From Paraspadella gotoi (lineage: Eukaryota; Animalia; Chaetognatha): a stretch of DNA of 64,000 nucleotides. Under the pieces are notes generated by a model that searched no databases, was not told the DNA's origin, and was given only the letters and a program-made list of their open reading frames with translations. The translations under genes and the position numbers were made by a program. The stretch is from NCBI GenBank assembly GCA_051294375.1, contig CM119268.1:4602666-4666665 (forward strand), in the 5' to 3' direction. The stretch's first letter is position 1, and each line of letters starts with the position of its first letter. Shown here in pieces: positions 12,494 to 26,669 of the stretch.

Positions 12494-15400
12494 CTCTCTC
12501 TCTGTCCTCTCTCCTCAGTCTCTCGTCCCCCCGTTATCCCCCGTTTACACCCCCATTTCCCAACCTCCGCACCTGATATTTCCTTGTGGCCAGTGACTCT
12601 CTTGGATGCCGCGTCCGACGGAACCTGCAGCGCAGCGGAGGTGCAGTGCTTGTCCGCCTTTCTGGACCCGATTCACGGTTTGAAGGCCATATCTTACGCT
12701 GGGACAGAAATAAAACTTACTGTGAAAGATGCTAAAGGATACTGGTGAGGACCCTCAAAATATTTAACAATTTCATTTACATTAATAATTACATTGAACA
12801 CGAGATACACTGTCGAGAGTATTCCTATGTCTATCTTTTATGATGCTAGACTCGAAAAGCCAATGTGATTACGCGCCGAGTATGATGTTGATTTTGTTCT
12901 GTTAGAAAATTTCAAAGGAAATTGAGAAAGCTACTTTTATTTCAAGACAGGCGAGAAGATTCAAGTAGTTCTGGCGGGACGTCCGGTTGTCCAAAGGCAA
13001 GAGCAGCCCGAAGGGATCGCAAGCGCCTTTTCGCCCCCTTATTGGGGAAGGGCTCCTAGTCGTTCGTCGTTGGCTCCTTTTCTTTGATGTTTTCACTTTA
13101 ATTTGATGATGTTAAACGTCGAAAGGACAGAATGCGACGTTATTCTAGTCTAAAAAGACATGAAAGTGAATTTGAAAAAAAAAACGTAGAATAGGCAATT
13201 TATTATTCCATTTATGTAATAAATTGTATATGCCTAAACATTTTATTTATTAATTCATTATTTCATTGGAGGGCGTCAGTATAATTACGATTCGTTCCTA
13301 ACGGTAACAACGTTAGATAATGTCCTCGTCTTTTTTCAGTTAGATTTAGATCATAAATATATAAATTAAATAATTAGATAGAGCAGACAAAATTGGTTTA
13401 AGGATCATTTGGCGAATCGAACAAACAAAGAAGCAGAAGGAATAGCGAAACACAGATATCATAACTTAATTCGTCCGATCGACCAGAACAAACGTGACGG
13501 GTTGAATACCTTTGTGTGATCTCCACGATTTTTGTACGGTTTTTGAGGGTTATCTTCGATCTTGAATTGTTCTGTAATTTCTAGCCTCGTTACTTCGATC
13601 TTCTTGTTTTGATTTTTTTTCTTATTTTGTTTCTGATTCGAGAAGAAGATCGATTTCAGTGGAGTGGATAATCAAGTATAAGAAAGAAGAATCACATCTC
13701 AAGGTCTGTGACCAGAGAAACGATTTTTGTTATTTTTCATCTTTATTAAGTATCTTCTAAGTGCAAATCGTCTTTACGTAATGGTTAATGTTTCCGCTCT
13801 TGGTTTACTCTATGGATTAATCAAATTATTTTTTGCTTTATGCATCATCTCTCAAAGCATATTATGAAATTCGTCTCGTTTTCGTCTCTTCACTAGATTT
13901 ATCGTCGTCTGTCGGTCGTCGTCTGTCGTCCGTCGTCCGTCGAGTCGTAACGTCGTCCGTCACTTGATTCACCAGTCTCCGCAAAAGTAATCTAGAATAC
14001 GAAACACTCTGTAAAAATTCTCTGTGGGGAAGAAGGGGAATCTTAAGTCCGTTCAGGAACGACGCCAGTTGTTAGCCAGTTTAGGAGCGATCGATAATGT
14101 GAATCACTACGGCTACGCCCCTCGACAGGAATAATGAATATAAATATAAGTAAAAATGTTAGCGATAATACAAATTATACATAGATGAGAAATAATTGGA
14201 CCTGAATGAGGGAGTGGTGAGAGAGAAGAGAGATGCTAACGAGGGTAGTAGTTTTTAGATTTTCAAAGATGAGAGAGATGTCAGAGAGCTATTTGCCGAA
14301 GGTGTCATTGAGAGAGAATGAGAGTAGAGTAGAGACCTTGTATTGCTTATTTATTGGGAGGTACAAATTTTTTATCCTCGTTTTTTCTTCGCTTTCCTTT
14401 CGTTTCTTTTTTCTGTCTTTCTTTCTTTCTCATCTTCTTTCTTTATTTATATTTATTTAATTTAATTTATTTATTTGATTTATTTATTTATCCTTTAGGT
14501 TTTCCTTTTTACTGTAATATTGTATTTATTTATTATTATAATTAATATTATTTATTTATTTATTTATTCATTTTTATCGTGTTCTATTTTAATTCTCATT
14601 TTCATAATTCACTTTTATTTTAAGGTTTGTTATTTATGATATTATATTCTTTCTATTTTATTTCCTTTATTTATTTCTTTATTTCAATATTAATGTATAA
14701 TATTGATTAGTATCTAGTATCTATCTTATTTAAAACGTCTATTTGTAATCGTTAACTATATTATTTATTATTAGCCTTCTCTCGTTTCTTCTCTATAATC
14801 CTTATTAGCTGTTCTTTCTTTCTTGTCGTCTTGCCTTCCTTTAGATCATTTCTGTGCTTCTCCTTTTCTTCTCTGTTCTTTCTTTCTTTATAATTTCTCT
14901 CTTCCTTTTATTTTTCTCTCCTCCTTTTGTTGTGTCCCGAAGGACGGAGACTCAAGATGGAGTGCGGACACCGACTCTATGCCAGATCATTTAGGACAAA
15001 ACCGAGGTCGACTCAAGATTCGTTATCTTCTCGGCGTTCCACTTCGTCGATCGGTCCGTAGTCGTCGTCGTCCAGGAGTCACCATGACTATTTGACAGCA
15101 CTCCTTCTTTCAGGCCCTTATGATGGCATTAAGGTACGTAGTAAGTTATGCCTCCCAATCCATAGGTTCATGTTTCGCCGACTTCTGAAAACCGAGCCAG
15201 CAGACGTACGCTAACCAGGTCCATCGTACTCGAGCGCGACGGTCGGAGTATGGATACGCCGTCATTTAGCTTTGTTGGTCCGACTCGCCCTGAGACCTAA
15301 TTTGAGGAATAATAAAAGAATAGCCACTTTTGGTCGCCGAACAAGTACTCTCGAAAGTGTATCTCCTCGTATCCGAAATGTAAATTGATGAATTACTCAT

Positions 15401-16287
15401 TTGAGCGGTTTAAGAGGATCATTATTAGATTGAGTACCAGAAAATTCCAAGGGAATGAAGCCGTTAATCAATCTGTCAGCGCTAGTTGATTATTTGGGGT
15501 TGGCTCATGTTGTCCGCATCAAGTACTCAAGGGTTAACCTCTCTTTACCGACCTGGTTACAGTTTCTCACATATTAATATTAACGAACGGAAAACGCAGA
15601 CTGCTTCTAAAAAGAAGGAGGGAATGTATTTGGCTCACAAGGCATGCCCCAGGTGGAAAAATCTACCACCAGGTCAGCGACCTTCCGGAGCCGCAAGTCT
15701 GCAATTCTCCTGCCCTTTGCGACCATTATATGCTATGGGTCTCTCTCCTACGCCTCGGAAACCATGTGCAAGGATAAAAGGATCTTTCAACAAAGAGAGT
15801 TCATCGGCTCGACACCTGTGAACAAAAGATACTTTTTCCGAATTTTACAGGAATGCTTTAGAATGTACGAAGAGAGAAGTTGCGGGAAAAAATGATGTGA
15901 GGAGGGAGGTTTGTTTAACGGGGGGTATAGACGTGGAGGTGAGTAGTAGATGGTAATGAGATGTATGATCAGTACAAGGAAGACGAGGAGTAGTGAGAGA
16001 GAGAGAGAGAGAGAAAGCAAGAAGAGTATCAAAGAGAAAAGAAGAGTAACGAAGACGAAAGAGAAGACGTAGAGAGAGAGAGAGACTTGTGATAATTCAT
16101 TGTCTCAACATCAGTTTTTGTTCCTGACCAATATGGGAGGTATCATATTTTACCCTTACTGCGACTATATATATCTAAAGCCGTTCACGTTTGAGATTGC
16201 ATGACTATCTAATCCACACTAATTGGGTCTTCCTCTCTCTCTCTACTCTCTCCTCCGTCTCCTCTCTCATCTCTCTCCTCTCTCTCG
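11555..16287 (+). repeat. Apparently identical direct copy of ~5670-10402 (offset 5885 bp)
   Basis: Every ORF in the track from 5871 to 10306 recurs at +5885 with the same translation, including the error-rich fold-back part. Confidence 0.92.
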
Positions 16288-16990
16288 TCTCTCTCTCCTC
16301 TCTCTCTCTCTCCTCCCTCCTCTGTCTTAATCAAGAGAACCGCAGGGATAAGATTCGCGAAGCGGAGGCGAAGAAAATGGAATTAGAATGAGTCAATGGA
16401 ATGATAAGGTAGTTAAGTGTTTTCAAGTTGTGCTTAAATTCTTAAAATGTAATTTTGACATTGACAATATTGTTTAATGATAGTTTTAAATTAAAAATTT
16501 GGATAAAAATCCAAACTACCCTGAAACTAATTTCAAGATAAAGATATAGATAGATTTTTACAAATATAACGAAAGAACATTTTAAGATGCATCCGCAGTA
16601 ACAACGGACACACCAACCGTAGCCCTCGATTTTTGATGCAAAAAAATCTACCAAGAAAAAAAAAAACGGGGAGTTTCTCCCGCAGATCCAAAACTTTTTC
16701 CGGATATTTCGAGGGACAGAAGCCGAAAGAGAGAGAAATAAAAGGGGCGAAATAAGGTGGAGGGAGTGGAACGAAACAGTCGCAAGAATAAGACAAAAAC
16801 AACAAAAGATGGGGAGAGAAGAGAGAGAGGGAGAAAGAGATAGAGGAGAGAAGAGGAGAGGGGAGGAGAGAGGAGAGGAGGGAGAGGAAGAGAGAGAGAG
16901 AGCAGAGAAGAGAGACAGAGAGAGAGAGGGGAGTAGAGAGATAGGGGAGAGGAGAGAGAGGAGAGATAGAGAGAGAGAGAGAAAAGAGAG

Positions 16991-17041
<51 letters not shown>

Positions 17042-17560
17042 NNNNNNNNNNNNNNNNNNNNNNNNNGAGAGAGAGAGAGAGGGAGAGAGAACGAGGGAAC
17101 AGGGAAAGAAGAAGAAAGTGAAAAAATTAGGATAGAAGATTAAAAAAAAAGATGAGTAACAAAAAGAAAAGAGACAGAAAGGAGATTAAAAGGAAAAAGT
17201 ATAAAAAAGAGTAAAAGAAAAAATATTAAAAATAATAAAAAAGAAGTTTAAGAAAATAGTACGTTGTATGTAAAGAAGAATGAAATTCAATGAAGTTCTA
17301 AATGACGTCTATCCCGCTTTTCTCTTAAATACTATATGCTGTTAAGTTTTTAATACTTTTTAAGGAAGAAAATGACCTTATGAACAAAATTACTAGAAGA
17401 AATTAGACAATAGACAATAGATTATTTTTTTAAAAATGCGATTAACGTGACTTTCCATTATTTTGACAAAAAAATGAACAAAAAAAAAGAAAGAAGATAT
17501 AAAAGTGAAGGAGAAAGGTGAGGAAATCTTTAGGACTGACGTCGATTTTCCATTGAGAAA
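16190..17560 (-). repeat. Inverted copy of ~5055-6500 (a partial inverted copy also lies at ~10300-10940)
   Basis: 17520-17557 AGGAAATCTTTAGGACTGACGTCGATTTTCCATTGAG is the reverse complement of ~5055-5092. The copy is interrupted by a 25-N gap at 17042-17066. Confidence 0.85.
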
Positions 17561-17932
17561 AACAAAGGAGGTAAGCATTAATGGTTTAAAGGAGGGAGAA
17601 GAGAGGGAGGGAGAGAGAAGAGGAGAAGTTAGAGGGAGGAGAGGAGGGAGAGAGTAGAGAGGGAGAGAATAGAAGGAGAAGAAAAATGAGAAGGGAGAAG
17701 TAAAGTGTGAAAATTGGAGCAATTCCGGAATTAATCAGGAGGAATAAGAAAGTGAGGGACTTTTTTTTGGAATTACGGAATCAAATCTTTCAGACATCGA
17801 CTTTCTCTTTTTTTCTCTCTCACTCCCACTCTCTCTGTGTCTCTCTCTCTCTCTTCGCCATCATTTCCTTTTAACCCTGAAATCCCAAGGCCCCAGGGTT
17901 ATGAGGGCTTCTGGATCGGATTAAGGGTCTCG

Positions 17933-18026
<94 letters not shown>

Positions 18027-19386
18027 CCCTAAACCATTCGTCGCAACTCAACCTAATATAATACTAATATTAGAAAACACCTCCGCAAACAAACTAGCCA
18101 CGATAATATTACCTAATGATCCACGAAACGAGAACGAGTGTGCATCTAAATTATAACCGTGGTCATTCTTTCATGAGTTATGGTGCGAGAGCAAGTGATT
18201 ACGAGAGTTACGGAAGGAGCGTTTTCACAAATTTCCCTTTTGTCTATCTTTTATCTAGGCTACTGTCTCTTTCTACCTCCCCAGAGATTTTACCTTCTCT
18301 ATTTCCCAGCTCCTCCTCCTCCTCCTCCTCCTTCTCCTCCTCCTCCTCATCCTCCTCTCCCCTCCCCCCGACGGCTCAAAAGGTTTTGACAGCGAAAACA
18401 ATTCGATAGTAAATTATCTTTCGTCGAGAATTGATCGCATCCTTCAACCCGTCGACCGGAGTGTTCGCATCTCTGATCGCTTTGAATGATTGCATCCTTG
18501 AATTTTTATTTTTAGTATTTATCTCATCTTTCAGAACGATAGCTTTTATCTATCGCCTTTCTTACGATCTGAAAATTTATAGAGTTTCCACATTTGTATA
18601 TTATTGCTAAAATACCAATGAGTGTTTGCATTTCTACCTTCGATCGCTGTGATCTACAGTTTATTTTAGTAAGATTGTTTTGAGCGTTTGCATTCGAACC
18701 TTCTAATCGTTCCAAGTGATCCCATTCTCTTCTGCAATCTCTTTTGAGTGATCGCATCCATCGCTTTAAATTCAATTGAGTGTTTGTATTTCTCACCCTT
18801 GATCGCTTCCTATGACGATGCATTCGCTTCCATTCAGATTCATCGCGAAATCTCCGCCGATGATCGAAGACCTCACTTCTCCCTCCGTTCATTATTTTCG
18901 AGACCCAAAGAGATTCAGGGCGAGAAGANNNNNNNNNNNNNNNNNNNNNNNNNNNNNNNNNNNNNNNNNNNNNNNNNNNNNNNNNNNNNNNNNNNNNNNN
19001 NNNNNNNNNNNNNNNNNNNNNNNNNNNNNNNNNNNNNNNNNNNNNNNNNNNNNNNNNNNNNNNNNNNNNNNNNNNNNNNNNNNNNNNNNNNNNNNNNNNN
19101 NNNNNNNNNNNNNNNNNNNNNNNNNNNNNNNNNNNNTCCTTTCGTACTGGGTGTCTTCTGTCAATACGGAGGCGAATCCGATCCTAGGGATTCGATTCGT
19201 ACAGGGTGTCTTCTACCGATACCGGAACCTTTGTACAAGGAGTTTTAAATAAAATTAACTGTATATATTTTGTATGCCATGTGTTGAAATTCCGAAGAAT
19301 TTCTAAAGTCTAATGTCTAATGTCTTCCAAGGAAGGCACGATAATTTGTTATACGTTAAGATAATGAATGGATGAATTGAAGTTGA

Positions 19387-19389
<3 letters not shown>

Positions 19390-19472
<83 letters not shown>

Positions 19473-19482
19473 TTTAATATAA

Positions 19483-19537
<55 letters not shown>

Positions 19538-19580
19538 GAAATCCCTGTCTACTTACTTAAATGTTATTATTATTATTAAT
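19390..19580. repeat. (AAT)n followed by (ATT)n, forming an AT-rich quasi-palindrome
   Basis: About 25 AAT units, a short spacer, then about 17 ATT units. Confidence 0.9.
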
Positions 19581-21601
19581 AATAAACAAAGAATTTTTCA
19601 TCTCGATCTTTCGCCAAAAGAAAATGTATGAATTACATGAATGTAATTGATTACCAACCTCTGTGCAACCTTCTGTGTTAGAATATGAAATTGGTAGGCA
19701 ACGAAAGATATTGTCATTCCTACTAATTTAATATTTCAAAAATTGCTGCTGAAAAGAAAAACCGAAAGTTTTGAATAATTTAATTCCTGTTTTTATTTCT
19801 CGTCATTTTTTTTTTGACCGTCTCTCTGTTTAAATTTTTTTTTTTATATAATGCGATCTTTGAAGATACAAAGTTATCATTCTTCTGCGTTATTTTTTTT
19901 TTTTTTGAAAAGACAGCGTGCGCCTTTCATAGATATTCGTTGCTGCTCAATCTCGTCAATGCTGCGACGGTCTCTCTCTCGCCTCGGCTCTCTTCTCTCC
20001 TTCTTCATCATCTCTCTCTCGTCCAGTCTCTTCGTGCTCGACTTATGTTTTATTAATCTTATTTGGGTCGCCCTCTTTGATCGCTAGAGGTAGGCCGGTC
20101 TCTGCAAGTTGCTCGAGCGTTTCCGTCCGGTCGCGTCGTGGCTTATTGGTCTACTCTCCGCTGGCGATGATCGGCCCGCCTTATGTTCAACTATATGTGG
20201 CTGACCACGAAACGGAAGCACGTCCACAATGAGAAGCGGGACACTCTCGCAATTCCAACGTGCGAACGCGAATGGCCGAGCATGCGAACGGCCAAAGATC
20301 CGAAGCCGGACGATGTTGAGTTTACGAAATGTAGAAGGGAGTGACACAAGGTAAGCGGGCAAGAAAATCCTCGCTTGTTGCTCTCTACAGCGGAGAGGTT
20401 AGAATTTGTTTTTTGTTTTATGTTATCTCATCAGTTCTGGGAATTGCTTGAGATCCCGTAACGCGAGCTGACTATTCTGAACTTTTAAAAAGTGAAATTC
20501 GCTATAGCGAAAGGCAGTGCGCGCAGCGCACTCAACTTGAAATTAGTGGAATCATGCTTTTTATAAGGCAGTATTCATAGTAGAATTCATGTGATATGGC
20601 ACGATCTCACTTCTTGCAGCTTTACCATTGCTACTCTACCTGTTTTGATAATAATTTTACTACATCGCTTTTTAATATTTTTGTATCTGTTTTATAGTAT
20701 TAGTCGCGTTGCTTGAATAATCTTCTCATAATCTGCTCTCTGAGCGTCGTGGTTTCACGCGAGCGCTCTACTTCTCGCGCCGTCGCGCCGCTTACGGAGG
20801 ACGTCGTGCCCGCACTGCTCCCCCTGCTGACTAGGCTGACGAAAGAGGGCGTTGGGTCGCGCGTCCTGGGCGGCCGTTGAGCGTTCGCGCCGGTAAACGT
20901 CGGGCTGCCGGCGATGGGTAATCGCGAGGTGTCGTCACTTATATTAGCTGGCTCGAGGAGAGAGTTGGGGAGTCCACACAGTCGCGTGGCACGAAGTCTA
21001 TGACCGGGTGAATAAGTCTGAACCAGACGCAGTGAAACGGAGCGACGTAGGGTACACACGTATCTCACCAGAGGGTCTGCTGGGAAGGTGTGGTCTCTAG
21101 GGCACGTGGTGACTCTATGGAGAGACCGATGCAATGACCTCCTGTGTACACGGATGTACTCTAGGCAAGGTGACTTTGACGTGACGTGAAGGGTCTAAAG
21201 CCTCGTAAAAGGCAGTTTGGTGACGGGCGGAAAAGGTCCTAAGTACTAAATGGCCTAGAATAGTCTGGGTAAGAACAAGGAAAAGAGGAGTGTAACATTA
21301 TCTCCTAAAGAAGAGGAAAAAGACATCTATCGGCTAAAAACGGTGAAATAACAAAAGGCAAACAATAAATGGGGAAAAGGGGGAACATATCTGCTACGGC
21401 ACCGCCCACCTCCAAGCGCTCGCATCAGAGCGGTGGAAAAACTCCAACCGGAAATCCAACTGCTGATCTGGAGGGGCAGTAGTTATNNNNNNNNNNNNNN
21501 NNNNNNNNNNNACTCGTTCATTAAACGGATGAATGATTTTATATCAATTGTACTAATTGTTTGTACGAACTTACCTTCGACCCACCTTCATTTCATCTCA
21601 G

Positions 21602-23620
21602 GTTGATTGCAGAGATAAGGACGGAACGACGCCTCTCATTCTCGCTGCAGCCAACGATCATTTGCAGGCGACGAAAGAACTTTTAAATTTTGGCGCCAAT
21701 CCGTCGTGTCGACGTCTCACTGGGACCTCCGCTCTTTTCTTTGCAGCGCAGGTGAATTTATGTTGTTGACGCGTCACCGGGACCTCTGCCCTTTTGTTCG
21801 CTGCTAAAAAGTAGATGTTGTTGTTGTTGTTGTCGTCGATGGTGTGCTTGTTGTTTTTAAATTTGTTTATCTCTCTCTCTTCTCTCCGTTCTCTTCCTCA
21901 TCATCTCTCTCTCTCCTCTCTCTGCTCTTCCACCTTCTCCCCGCAACCAACGAAGGGCGGATACCTCGACGTGGTCAAGGAACCCTCGCCAGGGGCGCTC
22001 CCGTCGATCTCGCCTCCTACGACGCGGCACGCCCCTCGTCGTCGCCGTCCAGTGCTGCAACGCCCACGTCGCCGAGACGCTCGTCGACAGCCGGCGCCAA
22101 CGTCCGACGGCGCCATGCTCGAGGGCGCCACTGTGGCTCTCGTCGCCGATCAGAAAAGGCTTCCCTCAATCTTCTGCGATATCATCATCTCCAGGGTGGG
22201 TGTGAAAAGAGGGAGGTGGGTGTGAAAAGAGGGGTGGGTGAAGTAGCGTGGGTGATTGGCGGGTGAAGCGAGGGGTGAGCGAGCGGTGGCTGAGTGGGTG
22301 GGGAAGGGTGGGTGAGTGTAGTGAAGTGAGGGGTTTGGTAAGGTAGAGTGAGTGGTGGGCGAATTTTAGTTGGTTAGGAGTGGTGGGTGAGGTTAAGGGT
22401 GAGGGGGTGTTGGTGACTGGGTGGGTGAGGGTGAAATATTCTTATTGAAATATTATACCGTTTTCATTGATAGGAAAAAGCCATTTACTCTGGGAGTGAA
22501 TAAACGAGACGTGAAGAGAAGGCTTGATGAAAGCTTGCAAGGGAACCTGCTATGTCATTATCTTGTAAAAGAGTGATGGAGGCTTAAACCACCAAAGCCT
22601 GTCCAAAGGTCAGGCACTTCTCATATGAGGGACGGGTGAGTGGAAGATGTGGGATTTCGGGTGTGTATTTTTTGGCTATGTGATCAAAGAGTTCAAGATC
22701 CTGACCAGTACGATAGCTCATTGGGTCGGGGGAAATTAATTATTTTACAACTGTTTTTCTTTTTCCTTCACTATTTCTCTCTCTCTTCTCACTCCCCCCG
22801 CAATTCATTCGCCAATACGCGTTTTTTCTTCCTCCCCGAATCAGAGCGCCGGACATCAAAACGCGCTCTCGCAAGACGGCGCCAGTCCGCTCTGGATCGC
22901 CTGTCAAATGGGTCAGCTGCCTGTCGTCGAGTTTCTGGTCAAAACGGAGGCCAACGTCCACGCGCGGAAGAGAAGACGGGCCTACGCCCCTTTTTAAAGT
23001 TAGTCGATGGCGATCGATGGTCTAATCGATCAAATCGGTCAATCATCAATTGATCTGTCAGTTAATAAACTATACTGTGAGAGAGTCTCTGTAGGGTCAT
23101 TGCCTGAGGTTGTTATCGTAGTAAAAAGGGATGTGAAAGCTAGCTCACCAATTGCCCTGTCCAAGTCAGGGGGCAGAAGATTATTTATTTGAAATTGAAA
23201 TGGAAAATTTTGATATTAGTTCACTAATTTTATAAATTACATATCAAATTATTAAATTGTTAAATCAATCGTCTCATTCTGTCTACGAATCATTCAAATC
23301 ATGTTCTCCCCCCCCTCACCAAACGGCCGCCCACAAAGGCTATCGGCGAACATCTGCCGAGATTCTCTCTCCGCCGCGGCGCAAGTGCGAAAACTCCTCG
23401 CCAAGCGGAGAGACGCCCTCCCACGCGGCGGCGCTCTTCGGTCACCCCGGCGTCGTCAAGGAACTCGTCGCTCAGCTGGCGTCCCCGCTCGAGATCTCAA
23501 GGAATCGGGAGAACTCGACGCCGGCGAGTTTGGCCTTCGAGGGCCGGGTTCACGGAGGTGGCGTCGTTCTTGGATTCGCTCGTCCGTCGCGTCGATCTCA
23601 GACTCAACAAGACTTTTGAA
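21602..23620 (+). CDS. ANKRD29: Ankyrin repeat domain-containing protein 29-like, copy 1 (5' exon(s) not found; later exons indel-rich)
   Basis: Clean AG/GT exon 21602-21751 encodes VDCRDKDGTTPLILAAANDHLQATKELLNFGANPSCRRLTGTSALFFAAQ. Noisy exons follow at ~21956-22195 (GGYLDVVKE..GAPVDLASYD), ~22845-22998 (DGASPLWIACQMGQLPVV) and ~23325-23620 (AAHKG..GETP.HAAALFGH). Motif order matches ANKRD29 orthologues as I recall them. Confidence 0.85.
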
Positions 23621-26600
23621 AGCGCCTTCACCGCGAAGCCAATGTGTCGAACGGAAGTCTTCCGCAGTCAATCGGTGATTTGCGAGATAAGGTCGTTTCG
23701 CACAGGATCTCCGGCTCCGGACCCAAACCCCTCAGCCCTCGCCCCACGCGCGCCCTAAAATCACCAACACCTTCGACCATTCGAACGATGCCTAATACTT
23801 TTGTCCTCATATCATTGTCTTCCTCTTTTCTTTCCTTCATTTTTTTTCTTTCTCTTCATTTTTAATTCAGTTTTCTTCTTTTTTCTTTTTCTTACCCTCC
23901 CTTTACTTATTCCTTTGTTTTCTTTCGCTTCTCTTGTTTGTTTTTTCTTTTTCTTCTTTGCTTTTTTGTTTGTTTTTTGTCTTCTCCTCTCTTTCTTTTT
24001 CTACCCTATTTCTTTTTTCTTCTCTTCTTTTTTTCTTTTTTCTTCTTCCTCTTTGTTTTCCCTCTCATTCCTTCATCTTGCCTCTTTTTTTTCGATCTTC
24101 CACCCTTTTAATAGTCCTCTTTTTTCCTTTTCCTCCTTTCTTTTCTTTCTTTCCTTTATCTCCCTCTTCCACTTGGTCTTCCCAACTGTCGATGCAAGCT
24201 GAATAATTCATTGGCATATTAATTCCCCCTCTTTTTTTTTACATGAAATCTTCGCCTTTACATTAAAATGAATCTCCTTTAATTGAAAAAGATGAATCGC
24301 TTTCCCACTTTCTCGATCTCTTCCAACAATTCGTCATCCAAGAAAAATATCGCAGCGCAATTTTAATTCTAACGCCGGAAAAAAAAGAATTTCAATCTCC
24401 TACTCCTTTTTTCCCTTTAATTTCTCTTTTTCCAATTTCGCGCAAAAAAAATCCTTTTCCCATCCCCTCTCCATTTAATTTCTCTCACTCCTCTCCATGT
24501 AATCTTCCCAATCCGCCCGGTAATCCTCCCTTTCCTTTCCCCTTTCCCTTCCCCTTCCCCTCCCATTTATCCTCGTCCTCCACCTTCCCCGTTTCTTCTC
24601 CCCGACCCCCGCGGTCATTGCCTTCGAAATAAACTGATTACAAATTTAAAACAAAATCTTTCGCTCCGTTTTAATCTGATTTCTTTTTCAATTTCATAAT
24701 TGCATCCCAAACCAATTGCATGATCACCCTCGTCGCGTTTGAAAACCTATTTTTTGTTTTGTCATTTACATTTATTTTTTTTTCTGGTTAAAATCTGATT
24801 TAGTACAAGATAACTTTTTAAGCAACTTGGAATGTATATGTAATTCTTAAAACTGCAACCTTTTTATAACCGTGTTTTAGAATTTTTTTTTTTTTAATAG
24901 ATCTCTTCTGTGGACAATGATCTTTAATTCTCTCATTCAGTAAATTATTTCGGACATATTTGGATAATGGTGGCTTCCCAAGAAACTATATTAAGTTGAT
25001 ATTTTTTTATTTCTTAAACATTAAAAAACATTGTCGAACTCTACGTAAAACTGTAATTTCTCCATCATTATCCCTTGACTTTACATCAAACCAATTTTCT
25101 TAATTCCATCTTACAGTTATTGTCATCTCATTGGCTACACTTATGTATTTTTTATTGACTGTTTTTTTTGTTTTAGAATTTTGTTATAGCGAAAATACGA
25201 TGTACATTTTCCCTTCACTTAGTTCAAAATAACGTCACTGTAATAATTGTTTTGGTTGTTATTTTTTGTGCTATTTAATTGTATGCGCTTTATTATAGTT
25301 TAAGAATTGTTTTGTTGATACAAAAAAAAACCTTTTAATAACGAAAGAAAAATTAGAGAATTTGAAGAATAATTAAGTATGCATTGAACGTTAGATTAAT
25401 TTATAATTTTATTTATCTATTTCTTCAAAATTTCCAACTTTCGAATAAAAAAGCGGATTAGAATTGATGTTTTTCGTTAGGCCAATCGAACATCAATCAC
25501 ATTTGATTCAAGAAACAATCATTAGCTCTACATTTCACGATCCATGTTTTATTCTAGTTTTACTGATATAATCAAAGATTCACATCTCCATTTTATCTCG
25601 CGCGTTTCACATCTTCTTCATTTACGCTCGGTAATGTATTTTCTATTTTTGCCTTTTCGCGTCAAAAATATTTAAATCAAAACAAAAACTTAAAAAATAC
25701 AAGTTCGAACACAATGCGATCTGCCCACGTATTAGCGGTATGCATATGATCAGATAATAATGTAATTATTAAAATAATTAATTTATTAATTAAATAATTA
25801 ATGTATTAATCAATTTTTTTATTTGCGATAAATCGTTTTCAAATTTGTCTCGCCTCTCAAAAATGACAAAAGGTAATAAATAAATATTAGTTAATAAATA
25901 AAATAATTAATTAATTAATTAATTACTAATTATAAATTAATTATTAAATGAAGCTTGAATTTAACATTTAATATAAAAAGAAAAAAGCAAATAAATAGTG
26001 GAAATATGATTTTTGTTTTTTTTCGGAACCGACAAAGTGGATTTATCAGAGCCGGAAATCTGCTGTAACATTCGGCTAAAAAAGTAAAAACCTCGACGAT
26101 AAAATCTTTCTTGGAATATTCTTTCAACCGCATAAGAGGGTGGAAGTCTCTCCTCTCTCTCTCTCTCTCTTCTCTCAATCTCTCTCTCTCTTCTCTCTCT
26201 CTCATCTCTGCTCTGCTCTTTTTTTTTTTTCAATTTATTAGTACGCAAGCTTCATTTAAAAGTAGTGCTATAATCAAAAAACATTTTTTTTACTATAAGT
26301 TATAAAAAAACACAAAGAACAACTTTAAAAAACTTTTTTTCAAGAATTGAAATTGTCTGCATCAGTTACAAAATCAAGAAATCAAGAAAGATAATTAATT
26401 TAAGAGGAGACAGATAATTCTTTGTACATATTAATGATATAGCAAATCAGACGACGAGAATTTGAATACTTTCATATTTTTAAAATCTGTAATTCGACTA
26501 AACCTTAGGCCGCAGTAAAGGAGAAACAAAATAATCAGTCTTACGTTTTACTGTCTTTTTTTTTTTTTACCTTTTCCAATCAGAAAACGACACAAGAATT

Positions 26601-26628
26601 GAACGAAACCTACGACCCCGTAACTCAA

Positions 26629-26669
<41 letters not shown>

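Noticed and set aside
20080-21486. GC-balanced island with ORFs suggesting foreign DNA or HGT
   Set aside because: No recognisable protein or RNA motifs. It ends at a 25-N gap and resembles low-quality read filler, as do ~45530-45780 and ~48380-49200.
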